The notes: generated by a model not told the origin, from the letters alone. DNA of 64,000 nt from Amphiscolops sp. MND2022 (GCA_964187785.1 OZ076409.1:99388001-99452000); one strand, 5' to 3'. Counted from the first letter of the stretch, positions 31,544 through 42,602 are shown. Program-made: numbers and translations.

Positions 31544-32528
31544 TTTTCTTTTTCACCAAAATCAATTCAGGCTGATAAAACTTGCCCAAGAGTTTTTCCT
31601 TCTCAGAGTCCAGTAAGTTGTAAGTTGGGGGATTGAGAGTTGCGATTTTTTCAATTTGAAAAATTTCGTCGGTAAAATTCTGTTTGTAACCTTTTTTGAA
31701 GGGTAAGTTTTCTTTTGACACTCTCACAAAGTCACCGACTCTGAATTTCGGCACTCGTAGCTGTTTAGTGGACTTGTAAGAAACCAGAGAAATCAAATGA
31801 GGTACATCTTTATCTGAAACCTTCTTTGGAGCCAATCCTGTCACTCGGTTTACTCGTGAATTTATGATGTCAACAAAGTCATGGAGTTTTTTGATGTATT
31901 GATAAGACCATCTCTTTTCCAAATGTTTATATATAATGTTTTTTAGAGAACGAATATTACGTTCTGCAAAAGCAGATTTTGTCTCACTATGAGTGCTGTA
32001 AATGTCAATGTTTTTGGAATCGCAGAACTGCTTAAATTCCCCTTTAAACTCTGATCCCTTGTCTGACCAGATTTTTTCGGGAATGGACTTTGTTATCATT
32101 CTTTTGAATGCTCTTGTTGAATCTGCTGCACTTTTTGTTTTCATTGGTTCAACCCGTAGGAATCTCGATAGTACATCAACTGCAACTAGCAAGTATTTCA
32201 CACCGTTGTTGTATTTTGCTAATTTGTCCATATAAGCAACATCTATCGACCAAATCTCATTGATTCTGTAAGCTTGAACCTTCAATCGTGGAAATTTTTT
32301 TCTGGGAGCGTGATATTTTGTATGAGCGTCTGTTTGAGCCAAAAATGTTTCCACTTTCCTTTTTGGAAGCTTACTAGCTTTTTTCAAGTTTTCAACGCTA
32401 CCATAAGCAGCTGGACCTTGTGTGTAAAGTTTCTCGAGGGTTTTTCTTTCAGATTCCGAGAGATGTCCATATTTTCGATCCAGACGCTTTGCTTTTAGCA
32501 ATTTCTTCAGATTCTTCGTTGCTGGCAT
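31530..32528 (-). CDS. Retroviral-like (rve) integrase
   Basis: DDE triad WSIDV, WSDKGSEF, FAERNIRSLK. C-terminal KFRVGDFVRV SH3-like region; no chromodomain seen. Confidence 0.95.
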   Translation of the reverse strand: MPATKNLKKLLKAKRLDRKYGHLSESERKTLEKLYTQGPAAYGSVENLKKASKLPKRKVETFLAQTDAHTKYHAPRKKFPRLKVQAYRINEIWSIDVAYMDKLAKYNNGVKYLLVAVDVLSRFLRVEPMKTKSAADSTRAFKRMITKSIPEKIWSDKGSEFKGEFKQFCDSKNIDIYSTHSETKSAFAERNIRSLKNIIYKHLEKRWSYQYIKKLHDFVDIINSRVNRVTGLAPKKVSDKDVPHLISLVSYKSTKQLRVPKFRVGDFVRVSKENLPFKKGYKQNFTDEIFQIEKIATLNPPTYNLLDSEKEKLLGKFYQPELILVKKKNGRI

Positions 32529-33066
32529 CTGATTCGTCTCGAGTGGGTTCTGCTCTCTTTCTTGTTGTACTAGGGTTCAAAATGTTTTTGGCGTTCCGGT
32601 TAGGCACTAAATTAGGATTTACCATCAATTCTTTAAGAATGATAGAGTATGAAGGATCAGTTAGGTTTTTGTTGGGTTGCTGCAGATTATAAAGAAATGT
32701 TGAGAGCGAAATTTTTGTGGAAATTTTGTTTACTGTAATATCGCCTGTTTCATCAAAATCAATTGTTTCGGAAGATTCAATTTTGTTCAAAATTTCTCTC
32801 GTTCTTTGTTTTTGTGCCGCTGTGAGCATATCCAAAGACTTTAAAATATTTTCTTTACTGGTTTTTTCTTTCTTTTCTACTGTTGAGGGGTCCGGAAAAG
32901 TATTGTTTCTTTGCAGTAGAGTGAGAGACTTTGCCTTTTGTTCAACTTCTGGGTCTCTCAAAACTTGCAGTGTGGAGTGTTTCTGTTGAGTATAAAAACT
33001 TTTTGGGATAAGTACAAATTCTTGGGTGTTCATAACGGAATTCAATCTGTCAGGTAACAGAAACAA
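32449..33066 (-). CDS. Polinton hypothetical protein (~200 aa)
   Basis: Open ORF overlapping both neighbours. Probable start MNTQEFVLIPK. Confidence 0.7.
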   Translation of the reverse strand: MFLLPDRLNSVMNTQEFVLIPKSFYTQQKHSTLQVLRDPEVEQKAKSLTLLQRNNTFPDPSTVEKKEKTSKENILKSLDMLTAAQKQRTREILNKIESSETIDFDETGDITVNKISTKISLSTFLYNLQQPNKNLTDPSYSIILKELMVNPNLVPNRNAKNILNPSTTRKRAEPTRDESDASNEESEEIAKSKASGSKIWTSLGI

Positions 33067-33344
33067 GGCCGAATAATAAAGTTTAACAATTTGAGACCTT
33101 TTGGTGACATTAAAATTTTTCTGCGTTCCTTATTGGAGGTAGACCTTTTACAAAGTAATCTGAGTTGGATTTCGTACTGTTTTAATTCGTCCACGTTGAT
33201 ACCAACCGTTCCATTCACAACATTGATTGCACACTCGCAACAAAATTTCAAAAATTCCTTGTCACAATGTCGTAGAAGTTTTTGTTGCTGTACTGAAGTG
33301 AGTTTTTCCAAGAGACTGAGTGTATGCAAATTTTTCTCGCTCAT
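33042..33344 (-). CDS. Small Polinton protein (CEC..N...G.V motif)
   Basis: LLRHCDKEFLKFCCECAINVVNGTV resembles the small gene commonly found after the Maverick ATPase. Confidence 0.75.
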   Translation of the reverse strand: MSEKNLHTLSLLEKLTSVQQQKLLRHCDKEFLKFCCECAINVVNGTVGINVDELKQYEIQLRLLCKRSTSNKERRKILMSPKGLKLLNFIIRPCFCYLTD

Positions 33345-33987
33345 TGTTAATTTCTGTAATTTTTGCTTGTGACGAAGGCAAATAAAATATTGTTGGTCCT
33401 GGTCCTACAATGTTTGAACAAAAGCGTAGACATTCACTTGTCTTTGGATCCAAATCAATGAGTAAATGACCATGTGGTTCTGCAACAGCGTCTGTGTAGC
33501 ACTCTTTTAGAAATACAGCTTTGTTTAATTGTCTTCCAAGATATTCAATTTGCTGTGTGTCACGAGGAGAATTAAAAAGAATAATGTGGGTTGTGTTGAG
33601 GTCAATTGTACGTGACCACTTACTTTGATGATACAAATTATGTTTGACAAAAATACAGTTAATTCCTCTGTGTCGGCCAGAGACTGCAATTTTTGCAAAG
33701 TTTTTATCTTGGTAAATTTCTTCGCAAGAGTCGTCAAATATCAGCAAACACTCCTGAAGCGTCTTTATCAAATCAAAATCTAGACAACTGATAAACTCGA
33801 TGTTCATCCGTTTTTCCACTTCTTTGAAAATTTGTTGGAACTCGCGATAAAAGTAGTAAATTTTTTGAAAGCGTGGATAAAAGGTCTTGGATGTGAGCAT
33901 AGAAAAAATCAGTCGGGTTTTTCCAGATCCAGATGGTCCAACAACTGACATGAAAACTCTTTCTGTAGTAAAAATGATTTTGTTCAT
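33262..33987 (-). CDS. DNA-packaging ATPase (A32/FtsK-HerA type)
   Basis: Walker A GPSGSGKT, Walker B LLIFDD, GRH arginine motif. Confidence 0.95.
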   Translation of the reverse strand: MNKIIFTTERVFMSVVGPSGSGKTRLIFSMLTSKTFYPRFQKIYYFYREFQQIFKEVEKRMNIEFISCLDFDLIKTLQECLLIFDDSCEEIYQDKNFAKIAVSGRHRGINCIFVKHNLYHQSKWSRTIDLNTTHIILFNSPRDTQQIEYLGRQLNKAVFLKECYTDAVAEPHGHLLIDLDPKTSECLRFCSNIVGPGPTIFYLPSSQAKITEINNEREKFAYTQSLGKTHFSTATKTSTTL

Positions 33988-34262
33988 AATTTTGGGCTAG
34001 GTAAAAGATATCCAACTGATCCAGCCAAAAGTGATGTCCAAAATGGCATGTCTTCACATGATACTTCAAAAAAGATTAGTTTCACCAGACAAATTGTTAT
34101 CACAAAGAAAGCTGAGAATACATGAACAAAAAATATAACTTGCGATCGTGGTATGTTTGTAGCAAAACAAAATTTCCAGGCTGGTCTCTCGTTATTCTCT
34201 TTATCGAACACAATTTCTTGACATGATAATACATCTGGTAAATCAACTGTTTCTGAACCCAT
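33984..34262 (-). CDS. Small two-TM membrane protein
   Basis: Two hydrophobic helices ending WTSLLAGSVGYLLPSPKL; its stop overlaps the ATPase start (ATGA). Confidence 0.75.
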   Translation of the reverse strand: MGSETVDLPDVLSCQEIVFDKENNERPAWKFCFATNIPRSQVIFFVHVFSAFFVITICLVKLIFFEVSCEDMPFWTSLLAGSVGYLLPSPKL

Positions 34263-34597
34263 TTTTCAAAAAGTGTACTACGAAATTATTAAATTCAATT
34301 CCAATTAATTGTACATTATTACACACACGTTGTATATCAGAAATGGTTCAAAATTGTTAAATAAAATGTTAGTACAAAAGATACAAAAAAATTGTACTGC
34401 GGAACATCATGCATTGTTTCCTTAGTACGTGCCGGACCTTGTGTGTCGTTTACACAAGTTTTTTGTTGGCTGTCAATGTTGAGGTAGGTTAAGGTGCAGA
34501 GACAAGATTTTTCTTGCCATTGAGGCACCGAAGGACTACACTACAGAGAGAGTTAGTTTCAAAACAAAAAAAGCATTATATCAAATCACACAAAAAG

Positions 34598-34942
34598 TCA
34601 GTTCAAACTTTTGCTCCTTGGTAAGACGAATATTCTTTGGGTTTCCAGCATTATAAATGAATTCCATTCTTTATCTTTTGTTTCCAAATCGATTTTGAAT
34701 TTTGAGCCAGTTTTCCCGGATCCGTAATAGAACCAAATTCTGAGGACACTTTTGGATTTGACTACGTCCCTCACTTCTTGTGGTAGATTCGGGCAATTTT
34801 TGTCAATTTCGACAGGAGGAGGTGGCCTGGAAATGTGCATGTTTAAAGGAGGTAGTTTCTTTTTCATCCTGGACAGTTTTGAGTCTCGTGCACTAGAAGC
34901 TACTGACATATTCTTTCCAAAAGTCCTGCTTGCTTCCACCAC
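34598..34942 (-). CDS. Polinton hypothetical protein (114 aa, Pro-rich)
   Basis: Co-oriented ORF directly after the DEDD gene; start codon uncertain. Confidence 0.4.
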   Translation of the reverse strand: MVEASRTFGKNMSVASSARDSKLSRMKKKLPPLNMHISRPPPPVEIDKNCPNLPQEVRDVVKSKSVLRIWFYYGSGKTGSKFKIDLETKDKEWNSFIMLETQRIFVLPRSKSLN

Positions 34943-34946
34943 ACCA

Positions 34947-35516
34947 CTATTGTTTGGAACAGCCTACACACAGACGCTCAAGTTTGGAGTCAACTTTTGA
35001 TTGGTTTGCATTGCGCCTACTCTCTAACCACTGATAAACAACAGCAGTTTTCAATTTGCTGCAATGCCAGAAATGTTGTTGTTGACTATTCCATGGGAGA
35101 AAGTTTGCGTGGTTCCCACAAGAAACCACAGCATTAACACATAAATGTTTAATTGGGGGACAACCAAGCCTTTGCAAAATGTAAACTTTTTTAAAATAGT
35201 TGGAGATAAATGCTCTCTTCACATGTCCGTCGACAAAAACAATTGCGTTGGGAAAACGAAGTCGTAAACTGGCCAAATAATTATGGATAGAAGTGTAAGG
35301 GTAAACGCCACTGTCCCAGTCAATACCGTGTATTCTTTTTGTTAAGAATATTATCGAGTCGCGGTTAATAGTTGAAATTGTAGAAAAGGCTTGAGGAGGT
35401 TTGAAAAGTAGGGTTTCTTGATAATTTTTACTGTGAACGCTCAGCTCTTTAACGATAAGACCGTTGTAGTCAAACCCTTCAAAGTCAATAACAAGAATTT
35501 CGTTCTCATTCAACAT
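34947..35516 (-). CDS. DEDD-family 3'-5' exonuclease-like protein
   Basis: ILVIDFEGF...IVKELSV (ExoI), HGIDW, and a C-terminal C..H...HC cluster. Confidence 0.75.
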   Translation of the reverse strand: MLNENEILVIDFEGFDYNGLIVKELSVHSKNYQETLLFKPPQAFSTISTINRDSIIFLTKRIHGIDWDSGVYPYTSIHNYLASLRLRFPNAIVFVDGHVKRAFISNYFKKVYILQRLGCPPIKHLCVNAVVSCGNHANFLPWNSQQQHFWHCSKLKTAVVYQWLESRRNANQSKVDSKLERLCVGCSKQ

Positions 35517-35926
35517 TCCAAGTCACGGAACCAGTGGGCTTGTGCTGAATATTTGAGTTTCAAAATGCTCCAGAGAGGGCGAACTGAGCATGACCAAAAC
35601 TTTTGCAATCTGGTTCTTCTATCCAAGCAGTCACACACGTCACTAAACGCCCCCATAAGCTCTTGCGAGTCGCGAACAATCACAAATAATCTGTACACTT
35701 TGCAATACTTGTAGAAAATTTCACATTTGATTTCTGGTTCTTCTTTCAGCAAATATTTCAAATGGTCCAAAGTAATGTTGTTGAAGTTGCAATTTTTTAG
35801 ATATACCAAACAAAAACTTAGCACATACTTTTGATAAGTTTCGAATTTGTCCGAATTGTCTAATGAAAGTCTATGAAAAGTTTGCTGCACTTTTACAATG
35901 TCTATTTTTTGGGGGTCCATTTCCAA
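35510..35926 (-). CDS. Polinton hypothetical protein (138 aa)
   Basis: First ORF inside the right TIR; its stop overlaps the DEDD start (ATGTTGA). Confidence 0.65.
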   Translation of the reverse strand: MEMDPQKIDIVKVQQTFHRLSLDNSDKFETYQKYVLSFCLVYLKNCNFNNITLDHLKYLLKEEPEIKCEIFYKYCKVYRLFVIVRDSQELMGAFSDVCDCLDRRTRLQKFWSCSVRPLWSILKLKYSAQAHWFRDLEC

Positions 35927-36165
35927 TTTTGATTCTCAGCATTCCTTCCTGCTGCTGATATTTCCTTTATAATGAATTTTTATCAAAACACGTTCGTAAC
36001 ATCAGACGAATAATGCATTCGAACAAAACTGTACATAAATTTCACACCCTCTCGTACCCTATTAAACTTTGGTGTGAATTATACGACAAACTAGATTACT
36101 TTTTATTGGCCGATTGATCGCTTGGCACAACAATACAACCCGACTTGACTTTTATTACCACCGAT

Positions 36166-36438
36166 TTTCAAGGTTAGTACTTTCCAAACTTTCAGGCATT
36201 CAAAGAATAAACAAGAGTGTCTACGCTTTTACATGTACTTTCGCAAAAATCCAAAAACGAATACAAAAATAATCCGACCAATAATTTACTTTCGTAGTCA
36301 AAAGCCGAAGTATTTCCGAACACTAATTTGGAAGGACCCCTTCCTTTTAGGGATAGGTCCTAAAATTTCAGAGCAAGGACCCACCCCGTGAAAACCGAGG
36401 ACCCCCCCGTTGAAAGGCCGGCTGAAATCTTAACTACT
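36166..36438 (-). repeat. Polinton right TIR (~273 bp)
   Basis: Inverted match to 20775-21078. Confidence 0.93.
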
Positions 36439-36680
36439 AACCACACTATAGGCCTACTTAGATTTTTCTCAGAAACGTTCGCAATTCAACCTTTTCAATT
36501 CAAGTGAGCTTTTGCTGTTTCTCAGAAATATAAAACACCATCCCATGCGATGTCCTTCGTGGCCTGACTCAAACTGTTCAAATCTAATTTTGAATTTTTT
36601 GTTGATATTTAATGAAAAATAGATTTTCCTTGCTTTCTCTCCAGATTCTTCAAATTCAGCATATTGCAATATATTGCAAT

Positions 36681-37401
36681 GATTACCAGAAATTTCGTCG
36701 TCGGAAATTTCGTCGTCAGAAATTTCGTCGCAAGAAATTTCGTCGTCGGAAATTTCGTCGTCGGAAATTTCGTCGTCGGAAATTTCGTCGTCGGTGATTA
36801 CGTTCTATAAAACGTCGCATTTTCTTTAATCTATTAGGAATCGTCTTATTATTGAGTCTTAATAATTATCGATAATTGTGCAATAATTACTATCATTGAC
36901 TACTTTTTGTTATGGTTTTGAGAAAAAAGTTTCGGACCTTATAACTCCCCATATACACCTTGTTTGTTATCCCCCCAAAACGAAGTTGTTTCGACACTTA
37001 AAGTAAAAATTTCCATTACCAGAGGATTTTTTCATAATTTTCTGACAAAAAAGTAAAAATTCCTCCTGGAGCAAGCTTGAATTGTATTGTAAAGCCCCGG
37101 TAAATAGTTCCACCGGTAGGACTGAAAATATACCATTGCTTAATAAGCGTCTTGATGAGTTGATTGAATGCAATTAACTTTTTGACTCAATTTTGGTGTC
37201 AAAATGAAACTTGTTATTAAGATCTCATTTTAATGATTAAGTAATTGTATAATTCAAATGATATCTTTTGGTGAACGCTGTTATTCTAATCAAAACGACG
37301 AAATTTCTGACGACGAATTTTCTGACGACGAAATTTCTGGATTTGCTAATACGACGAAATTTCTTACGACGAAATTTCTGGCGACGAAATTTCCGCCTCC
37401 C
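36681..37401. mobile_element. Mutator/Foldback-like MITE with 15-bp terminal tandem repeats
   Basis: (GAAATTTCGTCGTCG)n at the left end, inverted copies at the right end, TSD ATTGCAAT(G). Confidence 0.8.
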
Positions 37402-39142
37402 ATTGCAATGTATTTATTTTTGACAAAGTTTATTGCAATATATTTATTGGAAACATTTTGATCCAAAATAATATTGCAATATTTTGCCCCCCCCAAAACG
37501 AAAACGGCTTTTTCACAAGTATATTAATTATTGAATGAATGAATTACCATCTTTGACTTTTTTATATCTTGTCCAAAACAGACGATTTTTGCAGATGGGA
37601 CAATTTAAACTTCGTGGCAAAAGACCCAAATTTTTTAAATGCTGAATGCAAAGTTCGTAGTTTTGTAAATATGGAAGTATGTCCGTTTGGAAACACATTT
37701 CAAAGAATAATGATTGATTTTAACTGTCAATCAATGTAAAAGATATGATTATGTCGACATCAATTATTTTATTGGACTAAAATTTCAACGCAACGATGTC
37801 GACATAATGGTATTTGACTATTTAAAATGCTATGTCGACATAATTAATTCGTTTAAAACTAGTATTTGAACCTTTTGTATTATTCCCCCCCGCCGCAGTT
37901 TGGGGGGGGGGGGAAATAGATCACATGGTCCGCCCTGCGTAGTACTAATGCCTTGTGACATGTCAACCGCAGTTCTCAGTCCACCATTTTTCTCTCGAAC
38001 GGCATTGAATTTCGCAGCAAGAGCGCGCTTTCTAACTGGATTGCCTCCCTGTCTGCTCACTCTATCTATTAAGTAGTTTGACATGATCTCCGCCATGAGA
38101 ACCGTTGCTCGTGAAACAGTATAACCAGCAGCCTCTGTTTGCGAACAGTAGTGATATTATTAAAAGCAACAAAGCACGCGGAAATAGAGCAAACAAACAA
38201 TTTTGATTGGCTAATTGATGTCTCACGCGCTCATTTCATTGGTCGAAAGCGATTTCCAAAACATTTTTGACCCACTTACAATTTTTTGATTTCAAAATAA
38301 TTTTGACAGAAAAATTCTCCCAAATATTTCGAATCTGACAAGATAATTTTTTCTCGAAAATATTGTAAATTGTATTAGTACGAGCTTGTTTTAAGTGCCT
38401 ATATTTCAAAATCGTATCTTAATACATGTATTTTCGAAAAAACTTAATTTTACAGCGTATTTTCTATGCGATTTTAGAATGATTTCTTAATCAAAACATA
38501 TCAGGGGCTTCAGTTAAATCAGGGGTGCCAATTGAACATGAAAATTTTCGAAAATTTTGAGTAAAAGTATATCAAAAGTGAAAAAACCTCAATTTAGGCC
38601 TAAATTTGGCTGAAAACTTCTAACTTCTATCGTAACTTCTACAATTTTCATCGCATAATTTTCAAACAAACATATTTGTAAACTAGATAAAAATCTAAGA
38701 AACTTTCACTTTTATCATTTTTCAAAATTCGCTGCTGTTTTAGAGATATTCGATTTTGAGATTTGCCTTTTATTGCTTTTAGAAATATCACTACTGAAGA
38801 GACGCCAAACCAGCTCAATGCGCTCACAAAACCAACGTTCTGCAAAACAGCTGCATCAGACATCAGAGATTTAGGCATGTTTTGGAGTGAAACGCAGGGA
38901 TTGGAAATGATGGAATGTGTATTTTATTAAAACCCTACACATTTATTACCCTACACAAAAGAAATCTATTGACGAAACCCCTCCGAATGCGGAACGCTTT
39001 TTTAGTAAAGCAAAGTTCTTTCTCGGAGAATATTGACAAAGCGTAGACCTGAACATTTTGAATATTCGGCTGTTTTTGAAAAGTACGTATAGGCGATTAA
39101 ATAGTGTAAGTAATGAATGAATAATGATAAATCGTGTAATTA

Positions 39143-39607
39143 CAGTACAGTGATTGAGGAAACGTCCACCGGGAGATTTTAGGCTCGACTTTCTCGAAAT
39201 CGGTTGGGAATTTTGAAAAACATCAGAAATGAAAGTTTCTTAGAATTTCATCTAGTTTACATTATTGTTTTTTAAGTTTTTCTGGGACAAAAATTGAGAA
39301 AGTTATAAATAGCTGATTTTGAGCAAATTTGGTACTTTTTTCCCTAGTTATAATTTTTGACCATTTTATCCACAGTTTTTTCGGCAAGTTTTTTGCTCAA
39401 ATCACTCCCACAAATCTACTGAATTAATTGATGTATTTTGATTTCAAAATAGATCACCCGTTTCCGAATTATCAGGCTCAAAAGGTAAAATTTCCTAAAT
39501 TTACGTGAATTTCACTTGATGCGTTGATCAAAATTGAAAGTGAGAGCAAATAAATAATTTTGATTGGCTGAGAACGTCATAAAGACGATTTCTCAATCAC
39601 AGTACTG
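39143..39607. mobile_element. Tc1/mariner-type MITE (partial copy at ~8012-8220)
   Basis: TIR CAGTAC(A/T)GTGATTGAG with TA TSD. Confidence 0.85.
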
Positions 39608-39967
39608 TAGTTCTGCAAGTGATAGCTTTGTTTACGGAATGAACATTCACGCTGGCCTGTATTTGAACATGTATTAATTTAGCGACCATGGTATGACGCA
39701 ATGGAATGAATTGATTTCGGCCAATCAAATTCGAGCATTCAAAATTACGATAACGTAGTCAGATATGCTCACATACCCCTAGTGCCCTAAATGCAGGAGC
39801 GAAGCGAAGCGGAGCGACATGCCGTATGGCCATGCCTCAATGTTGCTACTTGGCGAAGGGAGCGAAGCGACCGAGCCATACAACAAATATGTTATTCGCC
39901 ACAAAATATAACCAAATGAAAGTAATCGCTGGTATGGAATTCTTTCGACGCATTGAATAGCTTTGCA

Positions 39968-40488
39968 TTTTTTAGTCGGCGCTTTTCGAAGAAAAACGCA
40001 GACTATAGTAGTGACCTGTTTTTTAAGACCAACGAAATGACAGATTTTATAAATTTTATAAGTAAGCACTAACACTGCTGTCTGGCACTAACATTGTCTG
40101 GCACTAACACTAAACCACACTGGCATAGAGGTTACGGCTTTTTGAGGTCTGCCAAGCGGAAGGACATGGGTTCGAGTCCCGCCCTTGACCAAATTTTTTT
40201 TGTAGATTTTTTCCGGCTTTGTGAGACTTTTTTTGCAATTTTTTTAATGTCTCCGAAGAGTCCACCCTTCATTTTTTTCCTATTTTGCAAAAGAATGGAT
40301 GTTGAAAAACAGCCAAAGATCCCCTTTTACATTTTTCGGTACAATGCGACTTACCAGAAACTTCAAAAAATTTCAATTTTTGGAAATTTTTTTTGGGTAC
40401 TGTAGAGGAGAGTACTTGACACTTTGAAGTCCTTTTGCTATTTTTGAGCCTTAGATATGGCGCCGACTTGTGCCGTTCCCGGCTTGTT
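39968..40488 (+). mobile_element. HINE/DINE-1-like element with internal tRNA-like A/B boxes
   Basis: TTTTTTAGTCGGCGC ... GCGCCGACT followed by the GCCG-TTCC-CGGC hairpin and TTGTT. B box GGTTCGAGTCC at 40169. Confidence 0.75.
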
Positions 40489-41058
40489 GACGATTTGAAT
40501 GTTCGACGAATTGAAGTTGCACCCGCTGCAAGTTACGCTGGAAGTTACACATTACATGTACGGATCATCACACAAAAAGGGTGTGTTTTACCCCGTCAGC
40601 ATGAGGGTCGATTTCGGCGCAATCGGCGTATAACCCTTCGAATCGGTTCCTTCGGCACTTGCCGAAAATTAATTTTCCTACTAAAAGGTCTCTCAACACT
40701 TGACCAATCAGCGTTCAACAGACCAATCACTCATACAATGCAGCACATAACTCTGGAATAAATTTGAAAAGTTATTGTCGACATATACTTGCGTACAAAA
40801 AATAAATAATTGTATTGTATTTATCGTCAATTATTTAAAAACATTTTTATTGTACGTCCCTGCATATGGCCATGCCTCAATGTTGCTACTTGGCGAAGGG
40901 AGCGAAATGTGCTAACCACGTCAAATAAATCAAGTATTGACTCCATACATATTGGCTGTAACAGCACTAAAAGGTAGTAATGTGAATTCTGCTGTTTGAG
41001 ATCTATTTTGTAAATTCGACCGTATGAATAGTCACCTCTCGCATCGCGTCTTGACTGA

Positions 41059-41584
41059 GTTTTAGCCGGCGCCTTCTGTTACAAAAGCTGCCGGACTTTT
41101 ACAGTTGCCAGTTTTTCTTACTATGCCAAAGGCCCCAAACTGAATGGTACAATTTTAACAGAGTTTGTTCATGCCACTGGGCCGTTCTTTTGGCCTCGTA
41201 GTTAGCACACGTGCTTCATTTCTTGCTCATGACGTTTTTGTGTGCAAGTTTAGCGGCATCACAGGGTCCGCGACCTTTTTCGGCGCTGTGCGATTTTTTT
41301 TGAAAAATACGTTTTTGAGCCCAAAGGATCCACCTTTGGGTTTTTTGACACTGCAACTTTTTTCGTCGCAATTTTTTCGCGAAAAAGTTTTTCCCCTAAT
41401 ATTAGGGTTTTTTGATGTTTCTAATCAAAAAAGTTTTTTTTCGAGCCCAAAGGGCGAATTCCCCGTTTTTCGGCACTGTGAAATCAATGAGAATTTGCAA
41501 AAAACACCCTTGGCGTTTCAATGGTCTTTTGAGCATTTTTGAGCCTTAAGCGGGGCGCCAATTTGAGACGTTCTTGTCTTCTTT
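41059..41584 (+). mobile_element. Diverged HINE-like copy
   Basis: Degenerate 5' ttttagccggcgc and 3' gcgccaatttgagacgttcttgtctt ends. Confidence 0.55.
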
Positions 41585-42026
41585 GCGTATACACGTTTAA
41601 CTACCACGCATATTTTGGCCGAGGTTTTGAAAAAATAACTGACAAACATAATTGCTATTAAATGATAACCAATAATTTATTTTCAGTATTCAAAATATTC
41701 GAAAAACAAATTAATTGCAGTCATGGGGTCTTACGAGCGAGCGCCAATTTTGTCAGCCACGATAAGTTTCGTCAGCCAATAGGAATATTCAGCATCGTGA
41801 GAAGATTTTACAGAGATTACAGAAAAAAGAATCACCCCTGTGTACTTGAATTTTTAAAAAAAATTAACAGAAGTTAACTGGGATGTATCTATAGATGTAT
41901 CAATGCTTAAACTGTTTATGATATTATTGTCATATCATGATGGTCAATAATTTAAATTATTGCCATAATTTATTTTTCTAAGTCAGCAATAATAATACTG
42001 ACATGCAGGATTCAAGCTAATTACAA

Positions 42027-42443
42027 TTTTTAGTCGGCGCTTTTCTTTAGAAAAGAGTCGACTATAGTCATGGCTTTTCGTCAGTGTTTTTTTAAGACCA
42101 CCTGAACTGACCAAAATAGTTCTACCAAAAGTTCTACAAAATTTTCAGAAGACGCCAAAATGTACCTGTTGGCCCAAGGAACTGAACCAAAAAGGTTTCC
42201 CGCGTAACATACAATACCGGACGAGACCAAAGGGTCCATTTTTTCGGCACTGTGCGACTTTTTTTCAAAAAAAACTTTTTTCACCACGAATGCCCCCTTT
42301 CAATTTTTTCGGCATTGTGAGACTTTTTCAAATTTTTTTCATAAAAGTAGTCCCAATGCATCAATACTTGGAAATTTTGAAGTCCTTTTGCTATTTTTGA
42401 GCCTTGGATATGGCGCCGACTTGGGCTTGTTCCCGGCTTGTTT
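42027..42443 (+). mobile_element. HINE-like element
   Basis: Same subTIR and 3' hairpin structure as 39968-40488. Confidence 0.72.
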
Positions 42444-42506
42444 ATTGAACATCCTTGGTTTTGGTCCCTGGCTGCCCACGATAATTTTGGTTTTTTTCCT
42501 GTTTAG

Positions 42507-42602
42507 AGAGTCATCGGCCATCTACCTGTGCAAATACCTGTTGGAGGAAGGCGCCCATCTGCAGATTTACGACCCGAAAGTGAAATCCTCTCAAATCAGA
42601 TG
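42507..42602 (+). CDS. UGDH: UGDH exon C
   Basis: gtttag|A completes the split Arg codon, reads [31 protein letters not shown](W), donor |gtgaga. Phase 2 at both ends. Confidence 0.93.

Larger units (their letters stand above)
20775..36438 (-). mobile_element. Complete Polinton/Maverick (adintovirus-like endogenous virus), 15,664 bp
   Basis: AGTAGT...ACTACT termini, 6-bp TSD AACCAC (20769-20774, 36439-36444), long TIRs, and the full core set of pPolB, INT, ATPase, protease, MCP and mCP. Confidence 0.97.

Noticed and set aside
36689..36795. Regular 15-bp repeats and the RRKF-repeat ORF 36612..36797 as a CRISPR array or protamine-like gene
   Set aside because: There are no spacers, and the repeats are mirrored at 37295-37392 as the ends of a MITE with a TSD.
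37830..38096. 88-aa GC-richer ORF as a nested host gene
   Set aside because: No recognisable family or further exons; could be a transposase 5' fragment, but this is unsupported.
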